A stretch of DNA of 24,000 nucleotides. Source: an uncultured archaeon (GTDB taxonomy: Archaea > Asgardarchaeota > Thorarchaeia > Thorarchaeales > Thorarchaeaceae). A program made the translations under genes and the position numbers. Shown one piece after another: positions 1-7,910 of the stretch. The stretch is taken from the NCBI GenBank assembly GCA_964648855.1, contig CAZYLT010000004.1, positions 197,680-221,679 on the forward strand, read 5' to 3'. Under the pieces are notes generated by a model. The model was given only the letters and a program-made list of their open reading frames with translations, ran no database searches and had not been told where the DNA came from. Numbering within the stretch: the first letter of the stretch is position 1; every line of letters starts with the position of its first letter.

Positions 1-610
1 TATCCGATTGATAGTTGTCAAATTCATCGGCATAAACCTCGCCGAAGTTCCCATGCACTCTTAATTGATAGCCCTTCCAAATAGAATGCCGAACATCACT
101 TAGTCGATCCCGAACACTGTAAATAATTCCTAGTGCATCAAACCTTGGCTCGTATTTACCTATGAATGCAGGACCTAGATAAATGAAATATACCAGCGAC
201 CAGATACCAAACAGGGAAACAACAATCTCAATCAAACTAAGAGAACTTGAGAAGAATATGGCTGTCACAAGCTTGTAGAATCCGTAGATTGCGATGGCCA
301 AAATAGGTAAGACCAACAAAGCCTTTACTCTATTAGCCGTATCTTCATTATTTCTCATAGCATTGGAGAAGAATCGGAATACAAAGGAAGCCGCAGACGC
401 ATAAGTCAGCATAATTCCCAGACCGCTCATGAACTTCATGATCACTCCAGAAACTGCGGCCAATAACAAAATAAAATTGGCATCAAGCAAGAGACTGATT
501 TGGAAATCATGCACGTATAATATTCCAACCAAAGCGACAGTGCCCAGAACAAATGCTATCCCATATAATTTGCGCAGATTGTATGCCATGCTTTCCAATA
601 AACGGCTCAT
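1..610 (-). CDS. Polytopic membrane protein of unknown function; partial, its 3' end runs off the window
   Basis: Absent from the ORF track because no stop is reached. My own minus-strand translation from the ATG at 610-608 (MSRLLESMAYNLRKLYGIAFVLGTVALVGILYV...) stays open for 203 codons down to position 2. It has several long hydrophobic segments. No family recognised. Confidence 0.5.
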   Translation of the reverse strand, partial: MSRLLESMAYNLRKLYGIAFVLGTVALVGILYVHDFQISLLLDANFILLLAAVSGVIMKFMSGLGIMLTYASAASFVFRFFSNAMRNNEDTANRVKALLVLPILAIAIYGFYKLVTAIFFSSSLSLIEIVVSLFGIWSLVYFIYLGPAFIGKYEPRFDALGIIYSVRDRLSDVRHSIWKGYQLRVHGNFGEVYADEFDNYQSD

Positions 611-658
611 CTTGTATTCTCCATTCAAACTAATAGAAGAGTCTGTTTTGGTCCAGAG

Positions 659-1027
659 TTATACAAGCTCCTCTGCATCGGATTTCCATGGGGGATATAC
701 GATACATAGAAACTCTAGCTTCTTCTCCCCTGTATTTTCTATATGTTGTGTTGCCATGGGAGGAATATAGATGGCGTCCCCCTCTCTTACCTCCTCCACC
801 TCGTCATCAATATGCATGAGCCCTCGTCCATTCGTGATATAGTAGACCTCAGAAGCTGTCCTGAAGCGATGTGGCAAAGATTTCTCTCCTGGTTCTAGCA
901 TTGCTAACGCCAAGCTGTAATCGAGTGTCAATTTTTCATCACCATGATTCGGATTAAGAAACTCGATTACCCTCGTTTCATCAAGAGCAGTCATCTCATC
1001 TTGATCTGCCCGTCTTTGGATTATCAC
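659..1027 (-). CDS. Cupin-fold (cupin_2-like) small protein
   Basis: 122 aa. It has the two-motif cupin pattern (PHRFRTASEVYYITNG ... GDAIYIPPMATQHIENTG). The first motif has HRF rather than the HxH found in many cupins, so metal binding may be altered. Confidence 0.75.
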   Translation of the reverse strand: MIIQRRADQDEMTALDETRVIEFLNPNHGDEKLTLDYSLALAMLEPGEKSLPHRFRTASEVYYITNGRGLMHIDDEVEEVREGDAIYIPPMATQHIENTGEKKLEFLCIVYPPWKSDAEELV

Positions 1028-1094
1028 CTAGCAAGCACCTATTCTTCATCAGAGAGGTTTCTGATAAAGATGTCTGGTGACTTGGAACAAGCGA

Positions 1095-2153
1095 CTATTC
1101 CCTATCATCGGCCAAACCCTGTTGTACATTCTTGTTTTGATTTTGTGACTTCCACATCCAATATGCTGGTAAGAACAGTGCAAACACTGCGAGGTTCAAG
1201 ACGGTGAAGCTCGTGATGCCAAACTGAACAATATTGCCAAATCCACTTGCAGCCGCAAGAAGCCTATTGACTTGTGAACCAACTCGTGCTAGAATTACAA
1301 GTAGGATTACAGTTATTGCTGCCATGGGTCGCAAATCCATTTCTTCATGTACCTTTGCTGTGGTTGTCGAAAGACCGTATATCAAGAGCACAGATTGTAT
1401 GATGAGGTCTGCCAACGTCCATTCAGGGTTATTGAGGTTAATCAGCCGCAGTGTGTAATAGATACCAAATACAAAGACAACTAGCATCATGAAGCTGGTA
1501 AAATCAGGCCCTCTCTGCCTGTTGCGAAGGACGATGGTTAGAATCGGAAGTAGAACCATGCCCAAGGGAAACATGAGAAGAACGATTTGCTGTTCAAAAC
1601 CAAGTGTACCCAGATTGAGATACATGTAGACTCCACCAAAAACAATGATATTCACCATCAGGAACAAGAGGAACAACGCCCATCTGAGGGAATTTCTGTG
1701 TAGGAAACGAGAAGAAACGCTCTTTGATAGATTCCAGCCTAAGAGAATAGCAAAGTACGCGGTTATGGATGCATCACCAAAAGCTAATACTGCACCAACT
1801 ATAGGCCCTGCTGCGGCAGACAGCCCTCCTAAAGCCATGAAGATGACTATGAACGCAATACTGAGGCCAATTTGATTTCGAAGTGAATGATCCCCCTCAA
1901 AAAACAGCTCTCTTCCGTGCTTAATTAGTGAAAGTACCACCAAAGTCATGACATAGTACTGGAACGAAACTACTACTGAGATAGCAAGTCCTTGGAACGG
2001 ATCTGTTAGGTTCGGAGTCAGCGAACCAAAAATCAACAACCACCCTGATATGATTCCAGTGGATACCAACGCTAAAATGAAACTGAAGTTATACCACGAG
2101 TTTGTAAGCAATATCTTGAAACCTTTAATGAACCTCATTCTTAACACGACCAT
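1095..2153 (-). CDS. Integral membrane protein, about 10 predicted TM segments, unknown function
   Basis: The 352-aa ORF is almost entirely hydrophobic helices with short charged loops. It is the longest ORF in the region, and the overlapping plus-strand ORFs are short. No family recognised. Confidence 0.6.
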   Translation of the reverse strand: MVVLRMRFIKGFKILLTNSWYNFSFILALVSTGIISGWLLIFGSLTPNLTDPFQGLAISVVVSFQYYVMTLVVLSLIKHGRELFFEGDHSLRNQIGLSIAFIVIFMALGGLSAAAGPIVGAVLAFGDASITAYFAILLGWNLSKSVSSRFLHRNSLRWALFLLFLMVNIIVFGGVYMYLNLGTLGFEQQIVLLMFPLGMVLLPILTIVLRNRQRGPDFTSFMMLVVFVFGIYYTLRLINLNNPEWTLADLIIQSVLLIYGLSTTTAKVHEEMDLRPMAAITVILLVILARVGSQVNRLLAAASGFGNIVQFGITSFTVLNLAVFALFLPAYWMWKSQNQNKNVQQGLADDRE

Positions 2154-2322
2154 TTCTTCGAAGGAACTGAAGGTAGTTCTCCGGTCGAAACGTAACGGAG
2201 TAATAATGTTGTCCGGGATGTATTCGAATTGATAGACACCAAAAGGGAATTACAGGCTCCGTTTCGATAGCTTGCTGAATAAACTAAACTCAAGTTATGG
2301 ATATCTTTGGTCACTAGGCAAG

Positions 2323-2331
2323 TTTTAAAAA
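2323..2331 (+). promoter_or_regulatory. TATA-box-like element (TTTTAAAAA) upstream of the uL3 operon
   Basis: AT-rich box about 80 nt upstream of the uL3 ATG, in the divergent intergenic region. An AGGTG Shine-Dalgarno-like motif lies just upstream of the ATG at 2413. Position-based guess only. Confidence 0.3.
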
Positions 2332-2412
2332 CAGACTCCCACTTGGCGGCTGTTGTAGTAGTATGAATAGCCCAGTCTAAAGGCCGTTCGTTACAATGAA
2401 AAGGTGTTGTAA

Positions 2413-3420
2413 ATGGCACACAGAAAGAAGCATGCACCAAAACGTGGCAGTCTAGCTTTCTTGCCACGTGGCAGGGCTCCCAAATTTGTGCCTCGCATCA
2501 AGAACTGGCCTGAGTATGACGACTCGGCTGCAAAACTACTTGGATTCGTCGGTTACAAGGCCGGCATGACACATGCAGTAGCGACTGTTAACAATCCCGA
2601 TAGTCCATTCAAGGGGCAGGAAACTGTTATTCCAGTAACAGTGATTGATACTCCCCCTGTACGGCCTTTCTCAATCCGGGGTTATGAAAGAACTCCATAC
2701 GGGTTGAAACTAGTAACAGAGGTACTGGCAGAGGATCTATCAGAAGATCTTCGCAGAGCTATGCCTTTGCCCAAGGAACATGACCGTGAAGCCAAGTTAG
2801 AAGAGCTCGAAGAAAGAATCGACTCAATTGCCGAGATTCGAATGCTGATACATACTCAGCCACGACTTGCCGGGGTACCAAAGAAGAGACCCGATATTAT
2901 GGAATACAAGATTGGCGCTCCTACAGTACAGGATGCCCTCGAATACGCAAAAGAAATACTTGGAACAGATGTCCGAGTTGCAGATATTTTTGAAGAGGGT
3001 ATGCTCGTAGACTCAATAGCAGTTACAAAGGGTCACGGTTTCCAAGGCACTGTACGCAGATGGGGTGTCAGAATTCTTCAACATAAGTCGCGAAAGACTA
3101 AGCGTGGAATTGGATGCTTAGGCCCATGGTCTCCAACCAACATCAGATATACTGTACCTCAACCAGGTCAAACTGGTTTCCATTCTCGTACCAACTTCAA
3201 CAATGCTATTGTGAAGCTGGGAGAACGTGGAGAAGAGATTACACCTGATGGTGGTTTCGTAAACTTTGGAGTCATTCGTGGTGACTATGTGATGGTAAAG
3301 GGATCAGTCCCCGGACCGGTCAAGAGGCCGGTCAGACTCCGTTATCCAATACGTCCTACTAAAGGGCATGAAGTCAAGCCATTAACTGTGAGCTACATCA
3401 GTACCACATCAAAGCAGTAG
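2413..3420 (+). CDS. rpl3: 50S ribosomal protein uL3 (L3)
   Basis: 335 aa with a typical archaeal L3 N-terminus (MAHRKKHAPKRGSLAFLPR), FQGTVRRWG and the GQTGFHSRT region. It heads an L3-L4-L23-L2 gene order. Confidence 0.97.
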   Translation: MAHRKKHAPKRGSLAFLPRGRAPKFVPRIKNWPEYDDSAAKLLGFVGYKAGMTHAVATVNNPDSPFKGQETVIPVTVIDTPPVRPFSIRGYERTPYGLKLVTEVLAEDLSEDLRRAMPLPKEHDREAKLEELEERIDSIAEIRMLIHTQPRLAGVPKKRPDIMEYKIGAPTVQDALEYAKEILGTDVRVADIFEEGMLVDSIAVTKGHGFQGTVRRWGVRILQHKSRKTKRGIGCLGPWSPTNIRYTVPQPGQTGFHSRTNFNNAIVKLGERGEEITPDGGFVNFGVIRGDYVMVKGSVPGPVKRPVRLRYPIRPTKGHEVKPLTVSYISTTSKQ

Positions 3421-3436
3421 GTGGAGTTGAGAATCG

Positions 3437-4225
3437 ATGGCAACTGTAAAAACATATTCACTAAAGGGTAAGGCAGGTTCCAAGCTAGATTTACCACCCC
3501 AGTTTGAAACTCCTTATCGTCCAGATGTAATCAAGAGAGCAGTCTTAGCCCTCCGGTCCCGTAGGTATCAACCTCATGGCGTTGATGTCCGAGCCGGTAA
3601 GAAGACAACTGCTGAAAGCTGGGGTGTTGGTCATGGTCGTTCACGAATTCCGCGTGTAAAGGGCGGAGGAACTCCTGCAGCAAACAAGGCAGGACTTGCC
3701 CCTAGCACCGTTGGCGGCCGACAAGCACATCCTCCTGAAGCCAGAAAATCTCTTGTTGAACGAATTAACAAAAAGGAAAATCGTTTGGCTATCCGTTCCG
3801 CAATTGCAGCAACAGCAAATCCAGAGCGCGTTAGTTCTCGAGGTCATGTGATTGATTCATTGCCCGAGCTTCCGTTGGTGATTGATGATAAGCTTCAGTC
3901 ACTTACCACAACCAAAGAGGTTCAAGATGTAGTTGAATCTCTAGGGCTTGACCAAGATTTACAGAGATCTATTCAAGGTCGTTCTGTTAGATCCGGCAAA
4001 GGCAAGATGCGTGGCCGAAAAATGAAGACCCCGAAATCATTTCTGATTGTTGTGGGCGAGGATCAAGGAATCGGGCAAGCAGCACGAAATCTCCCAGGAG
4101 TTGACATAGTTGAAGTGCATGGGCTTAATGCTGAGCTTTTAGCTCCAGGGACACATCCTGGACGACTTGTTTTGTGGACCAAGTCCGCAATGGAGCGGCT
4201 AAGAGAGGAGAATCTATTCAACTGA
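3437..4225 (+). CDS. rpl4: 50S ribosomal protein uL4 (L4)
   Basis: 262 aa. Archaeal L4-like sequence (GHGRSRIPRVKGGG..., RSGKGKMRGRK) in the syntenic position after L3. Confidence 0.95.
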   Translation: MATVKTYSLKGKAGSKLDLPPQFETPYRPDVIKRAVLALRSRRYQPHGVDVRAGKKTTAESWGVGHGRSRIPRVKGGGTPAANKAGLAPSTVGGRQAHPPEARKSLVERINKKENRLAIRSAIAATANPERVSSRGHVIDSLPELPLVIDDKLQSLTTTKEVQDVVESLGLDQDLQRSIQGRSVRSGKGKMRGRKMKTPKSFLIVVGEDQGIGQAARNLPGVDIVEVHGLNAELLAPGTHPGRLVLWTKSAMERLREENLFN

Positions 4226-4236
4226 GGTGCTTATGA

Positions 4237-4500
4237 ATGAAGGATCCGAACTTGATAATTATACGGCCGGTGGTAACAGAAGCCAGTCTTGAGGGAGTAG
4301 ACCAAGAGAACAAGTTGGCATTCTATGTTGACCGCAAAGCCAACAAGAACCAGATTCGATGGGCAGTTGAATCTCTCTATGAGGTCATCGTTGAGAAGGT
4401 GAATACACTAATCATGCCTGACGGAACAAAGAAGGCATTTGTGCGACTTGCACCTGAATACAGTGCTGCTGAAGTTGCAACTAATCTGGGTATATTCTAG
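4237..4500 (+). CDS. rpl23: 50S ribosomal protein uL23 (L23)
   Basis: 87 aa, L23-like (IIIRPVVTEASL ... NKLAFYVDRKANKNQI ... KKAFVRL). It sits between L4 and L2. Confidence 0.93.
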   Translation: MKDPNLIIIRPVVTEASLEGVDQENKLAFYVDRKANKNQIRWAVESLYEVIVEKVNTLIMPDGTKKAFVRLAPEYSAAEVATNLGIF

Positions 4501-4511
4501 GAGGCGTTCAA

Positions 4512-5231
4512 ATGGGAAAACGAATTCTTGTTCAAAGAAAAGGTCGCGGAACGCAACAATGGAGAAGTCCGAAGCACAAGAAGATTGCTCCGGCACGACA
4601 CCCAAAATGGGCACCTGACAAGACGTATGTTGGAAAAATAACTCGTCTTGTGCATGAGCCTGGTCGAGGTGCTCCTCTGGCTGAGATTGACTATGAGGGG
4701 GTACAGAAGCTCCATCACATGGTCGCTCCAGAGGGATCGTATATCGGTCAGGAAATTGAATGTGGTGAGGATGCCCCACTCGCAAATGGGAACACTCTGA
4801 TGCTTGAACACATTCCAGAGGGAACTCCCATCTTCAATATTGAAGGCAGTCCGGGTGATGGAGGCAAATTTGTTCGTTCTTCGGGGTTGACTGCAACAAT
4901 TGTTTCAACCGATGAGAACAAATCTATGGTTAGATTACCCAGTGGGACTCAGAAAGTCTTCAGTCCACGCTGCAGGGCAACTATTGGCATTGTCGCCGGC
5001 GGCGGAAGACCCGAGAAGCCATTCCTAAAGGCTGGTTCAGTCTGGCATCACACCCGTGGAAAGGCCCGTAAGTGGCCAGTGACCCGTGGTGCTGCAATGA
5101 ACGCCGCATCGCACCCACATGGTGGCGGTTCACACCAGTCTCCTGGTAGGCCAACGACTGTAAGCAGAAATGCCCCCCCTGGAAGAAAAGTGGGTAACAT
5201 TGCAGCCAGAAGAACTGGTAGGAAAAAGTAA
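4512..5231 (+). CDS. rpl2: 50S ribosomal protein uL2 (L2)
   Basis: 239 aa with MGKRILVQRKGRG at the start, the highly conserved MNAASHPHGGGSHQSPGRPTTVSRNAPPGRKVG block, and a basic C-terminus. Confidence 0.97.
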   Translation: MGKRILVQRKGRGTQQWRSPKHKKIAPARHPKWAPDKTYVGKITRLVHEPGRGAPLAEIDYEGVQKLHHMVAPEGSYIGQEIECGEDAPLANGNTLMLEHIPEGTPIFNIEGSPGDGGKFVRSSGLTATIVSTDENKSMVRLPSGTQKVFSPRCRATIGIVAGGGRPEKPFLKAGSVWHHTRGKARKWPVTRGAAMNAASHPHGGGSHQSPGRPTTVSRNAPPGRKVGNIAARRTGRKK

Positions 5232-5242
5232 TACAGAAACTT

Positions 5243-5275
5243 GAGGAGAAGACTCTCCTCATCTTCTTTCTTTAT
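5243..5275 (+). terminator. Hairpin plus T-rich tract immediately after rpl2
   Basis: A 7-bp perfect stem GAGGAGA (5243-5249) / TCTCCTC (5254-5260) with a 4-nt loop. It is followed by the pyrimidine/T-rich ATCTTCTTTCTTTAT (5261-5275) and starts 12 nt after the L2 stop. Confidence 0.4.
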
Positions 5276-5377
5276 AGTATTGAATACAATCTCTATACCC
5301 TTTGTCAGAGTGAGCATTTCCAAGGTAATACATGGACACATATCCATCTATAACCAGACCCTTACAGAGGCCTATCT

Positions 5378-5560
5378 ATGCGACTAATAGCCGTGCATCT
5401 TCCAGAGCGAATAATTGATGACATTGAGCGTCTGATAGAAAATGGACTCTATCCGAATCGTTCCGAGGCCATACGAATTGCAATACGTGACTTGCTGAAA
5501 CAGGAGCTTTGGGGACGCGGCACCGATCGCAATGCAAGGATGAGTGAAATCATAGGATGA
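5378..5560 (+). CDS. cdrS: Ribbon-helix-helix (CopG-like) DNA-binding protein, CdrS-like by size and linkage to ftsZ
   Basis: 60 aa. RHH pattern: N-terminal beta-strand MRLIAVHLPERIIDDIE, then NRSEAIRIAIRDLL. Its stop overlaps the ftsZ start (ATGA at 5557-5560). The RHH fold call is firm. The CdrS orthology rests on architecture, not on a search. Confidence 0.6.
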   Translation: MRLIAVHLPERIIDDIERLIENGLYPNRSEAIRIAIRDLLKQELWGRGTDRNARMSEIIG

Positions 5561-6822
5561 AGTCACTGATAGATGCGGCCAGAGAACATGGCCGTGGCGA
5601 GAGAAGAACCCCAGAGAAGCGTGATGTTGGTCAAGCTCGAATTGTTGTTGTAGGCTGTGGTGGTGCAGGAAACAACACCGTGAAGCGGCTGATGACTATA
5701 GGTGTTCAGGGTGCGGAGTGTATAGCTATCAATACTGACCGTCAACATCTTGCAGTTACGACTGCCCATCGAAAACTCCTGATTGGTGAAACAATCACAC
5801 GTGGCTTGGGGGCTGGTGGATACCCTCACGTTGGGCAGGCTGCTGCAGAAGAGTCCGCACGTCAGATAACTGAATTACTTCGTGATGCAGACCTTGTGTT
5901 CATCGCGGCTGGTATGGGAGGAGGCACGGGGACTGGAAGTGCTCCCATCGTGGCAGAGATAGCAAAGAAAAACGATGCTATTGTTGTAGGCGTTGTCACA
6001 ATGCCCTTCAGCCTTGAGAGGACACGCATTGACAAGGCTAAGGTTGGTCTTGCAAGGCTGCAGGAATATGCGGATACTGTGGTAGTAATTGATAATCAGA
6101 AGCTTATGGATTTAGTACCGGACTTACCTCTTGAGGAAGCTTTTGGAGTTGCAGACGAAGTACTTGCAGGAATGACGAAAGGAATCACTGAAACTATCAC
6201 CATGCCCAGTCTAATCAATCTGGATTATGCGGATGTTCGCTCCATTATCTGCAATGGCGGTGTCGCTTTAGTAGGCTTGGGAGAAGCCAGCGGGTCCGAT
6301 AGGGCTGAAGAAGCCATAGAGAATGCCCTGAATAGTCCTCTTCTGGAAGTAGAATGGTCGGGCTCGACAGGTGCATTGATTCATATCACGGGGGGGCCCG
6401 ACATGTCACTGGCAGAGGCCAATGGCGTAGGCGAGAAAATATCAGAGAAGATGAGCAAGGATGCCAATGTAATTTGGGGCGCCAGGGTTGACCCACGTCT
6501 AACAGGTATGCTCAGGGTTATGCTTATTCTGACAGGTGTCAAAAGCCCTCAATTGCTTGCTCGGAGCAAGGAAGAGTCCGAAAAACCAAAGACAAGAAGT
6601 AGTCTCTCCCATCTAGGTGTTGCCCACTCTTCAGCCGGCTCGCTCGATCCTCGGAGGATAAAGGATGAATTCCGTTCGATTGGAAAGATACCCTCCACGG
6701 GCGCTCGTTCATGGGAAGAACGACTGAAGCCCCTGGAAAAACGGCTCTCGGGCAAGAAACCTGTCCCAGAACAAAAGAACAAGCAGAACCTTGATGACTT
6801 AGGACTACGAAGGATTCTGTAG
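5557..6822 (+). CDS. ftsZ: Cell division GTPase FtsZ (tubulin homolog) with a long C-terminal linker
   Basis: 421 aa with a GCGGAGNN nucleotide-binding start, the tubulin signature [10 protein letters not shown] and a T7-loop-like NLDYADV. About 90 aa of low-complexity charged linker follows, ending in [11 protein letters not shown]5 run at 6867-6871 lies downstream. Confidence 0.95.
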   Translation: MKSLIDAAREHGRGERRTPEKRDVGQARIVVVGCGGAGNNTVKRLMTIGVQGAECIAINTDRQHLAVTTAHRKLLIGETITRGLGAGGYPHVGQAAAEESARQITELLRDADLVFIAAGMGGGTGTGSAPIVAEIAKKNDAIVVGVVTMPFSLERTRIDKAKVGLARLQEYADTVVVIDNQKLMDLVPDLPLEEAFGVADEVLAGMTKGITETITMPSLINLDYADVRSIICNGGVALVGLGEASGSDRAEEAIENALNSPLLEVEWSGSTGALIHITGGPDMSLAEANGVGEKISEKMSKDANVIWGARVDPRLTGMLRVMLILTGVKSPQLLARSKEESEKPKTRSSLSHLGVAHSSAGSLDPRRIKDEFRSIGKIPSTGARSWEERLKPLEKRLSGKKPVPEQKNKQNLDDLGLRRIL

Positions 6823-6935
6823 GCCTTTTCACTCCCTTACGGCTTGACACAGATGTCTGATGTCTGTTTTTGTGGTCTACTTGAATCTAGTTTCGTCTAG
6901 TTGATAATTCCAATGTGATATTGGTTCATATCATA

Positions 6936-7370
6936 CTATTCGAGCAAGCCTCTATCTCGAAGCCATGGCTCCGCTACTTGCACAACCCGTTCATAGAGTG
7001 GTCCGACACCATCAACGCCCTCAGGCGTAATTCTGATTTTGTTCATAATTACTATAACAGACGTTTCAGGAAAGTATCTCACACCACCAGGTGGGAATTG
7101 CTTTTCTAGTTCCTTGGCGAGGCCCTCAAGACTGACTTCTTTCTCTGCTACGGCAAAGGAAGTGATACTTTCACCATAGATGAACATCTTGGGAATCTCT
7201 TCGCCTTCACTTGGAATGACTTCAGAGAGAACGATACTCATGCTGTTTTGATCGATTCCAACCAATGTACCCGTGTATTCCTTACCATTCTTCAATTCTA
7301 CCGTAATGGTCGCGCCAACAACCTGTGCCATCTCGCGGTTGAAGGCTCTCATAGCTGCTACATCAGACAT
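6936..7370 (-). CDS. Sm-like (LSm) domain protein with an uncharacterised C-terminal extension of about 70 aa
   Basis: 144 aa. The N-terminal half fits the Sm1/Sm2 pattern (ITVELKNGKEYTGTLVGIDQNSMSIVLSEV ... MFIYGESITSF). The C-terminal half was not recognised. A GGTGA SD-like motif lies 7-11 nt upstream of the ATG. Confidence 0.7.
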   Translation of the reverse strand: MSDVAAMRAFNREMAQVVGATITVELKNGKEYTGTLVGIDQNSMSIVLSEVIPSEGEEIPKMFIYGESITSFAVAEKEVSLEGLAKELEKQFPPGGVRYFPETSVIVIMNKIRITPEGVDGVGPLYERVVQVAEPWLRDRGLLE

Positions 7371-7427
7371 CTTGTTTCACCTTGTAAGCTGTAAATCTGA
7401 GCTTACTCACACGGCGATTTGCTGTTG

Positions 7428-7435
7428 TTTTAAAA
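7428..7435. promoter_or_regulatory. Palindromic TATA-like box TTTTAAAA, possibly bidirectional
   Basis: It lies 58 nt upstream of the LSm ATG on the minus strand. On the plus strand it lies about 25-30 nt upstream of the start of the structured GC-richer segment. Positional inference only. Confidence 0.3.
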
Positions 7436-7548
7436 CCTCTGCTGTAGCTAGTGAGGGAAAAAATAGAGGGGGCGAAGCAGAGAATGACGCTCTGCCTTCG
7501 CTGTGTATCACCCAGTAGAACTTCTCTACCAGGGTTCCTGTTCGCTAT

Positions 7549-7621
7549 CTGGGGGAAAGTCGCCAGGTCCAATGGTCCATGGTTCTTGCTCAGAGTCTGG
7601 CGGGAAGTCGCCAGGTCCAAT
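7549..7621. repeat. Direct duplication of a 25-nt hairpin-forming module with a 48-nt period
   Basis: CTGGGGGAAAGTCGCCAGGTCCAAT (7549-7573) versus CTGGCGGGAAGTCGCCAGGTCCAAT (7597-7621) is 23/25 identical. The shared core is AAGTCGCCAGGTCCAAT. Copy 2 folds as CTGGCG-GGAAGT-CGCCAG (6 bp). Copy 1 folds the same way with one G-G mismatch. Confidence 0.85.
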
Positions 7622-7910
7622 TTTCAGTTCGTCAGTGTTTGCGGTCATTTTTGTTCAGATATTAATTGGTATGTAGCACACTAAATCCCACATGAGAAGA
7701 AAGTCGAATTCTGATACCTCAAAGCAACATTCTGAGAACTAATCCCGGACCAAAAACACCGCAAGAAGACGTGGAGAATATATAGCTAGAAGTGAAACAT
7801 ATTGTTTCCGTTCATTTTAGACCCGACAAGAGTTCACCACCGAATGTTAATGTACACTGCTGTTGCCCTAGAGAATGTATTATTAGGCAACTACACTGAA
7901 CTCGAACCAA

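Noticed and set aside
429-770. A 113-aa plus-strand ORF bridging the first two genes
   Set aside because: It overlaps two better-supported minus-strand genes (the membrane protein and the cupin), and its sequence has no recognisable features.
2185-2267. Inverted repeat TCGAAAC...GGAG / CTCC-GTTTCGA (7+4 bp with a bulge, 56-nt loop) in the divergent promoter region upstream of rpl3
   Set aside because: An inverted repeat of about 8 bp somewhere within a spacer of about 260 nt is roughly what chance predicts. There is no supporting feature.
2141-2467. A 108-aa minus-strand ORF spanning the rpl3 promoter and start
   Set aside because: It overlaps the rpl3 start and the start of the divergent membrane protein gene. 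It has no motifs, and the region is better explained as intergenic promoter plus leader.
4408-5347. Several 93-125 aa minus-strand ORFs across rpl23, rpl2 and the downstream spacer
   Set aside because: They are antisense to highly conserved ribosomal protein genes, with no motifs. The same reasoning applies to 3641-3847, 5384-5566, 5563-5829, 6539-6850, 8193-8471, 11358-11777, 13883-14086, 15311-15678 and 15833-16183.
6852-6865. Tandem GATGTCT x2 downstream of ftsZ
   Set aside because: There are only two 7-nt units, so it is trivially short. It is probably just part of the T-rich termination region (T5 at 6867-6871).
7549-7621. Possible RNase P RNA (GGGGAAAGTCG resembles the CR-I GAGGAAAGUCC), SRP RNA (two CCAGGUC motifs), TPP riboswitch upstream of a TPP enzyme, or a mini CRISPR array
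   Set aside because: The GC-richer structured stretch is only about 190 nt. I could not find the other RNase P conserved regions (for example the ACAGAA..GGCUUA type), the SRP helix-8 GNRA/AGCAG core, or the TPP CUGAGA...ACCUGAUCUGGAUAAUGCCAGCG core. Two repeat copies do not make a CRISPR array. These remain only as things for a covariance-model search to exclude formally.
7363-7684. ORFs 7363-7620 (minus strand) and 7451-7684 (plus strand) spanning the duplicated-hairpin region
   Set aside because: Their apparent internal peptide repeats merely reflect the DNA duplication. They have no SD or sensible start context. They overlap the LSm start and promoter. The region is better explained as non-coding structure.
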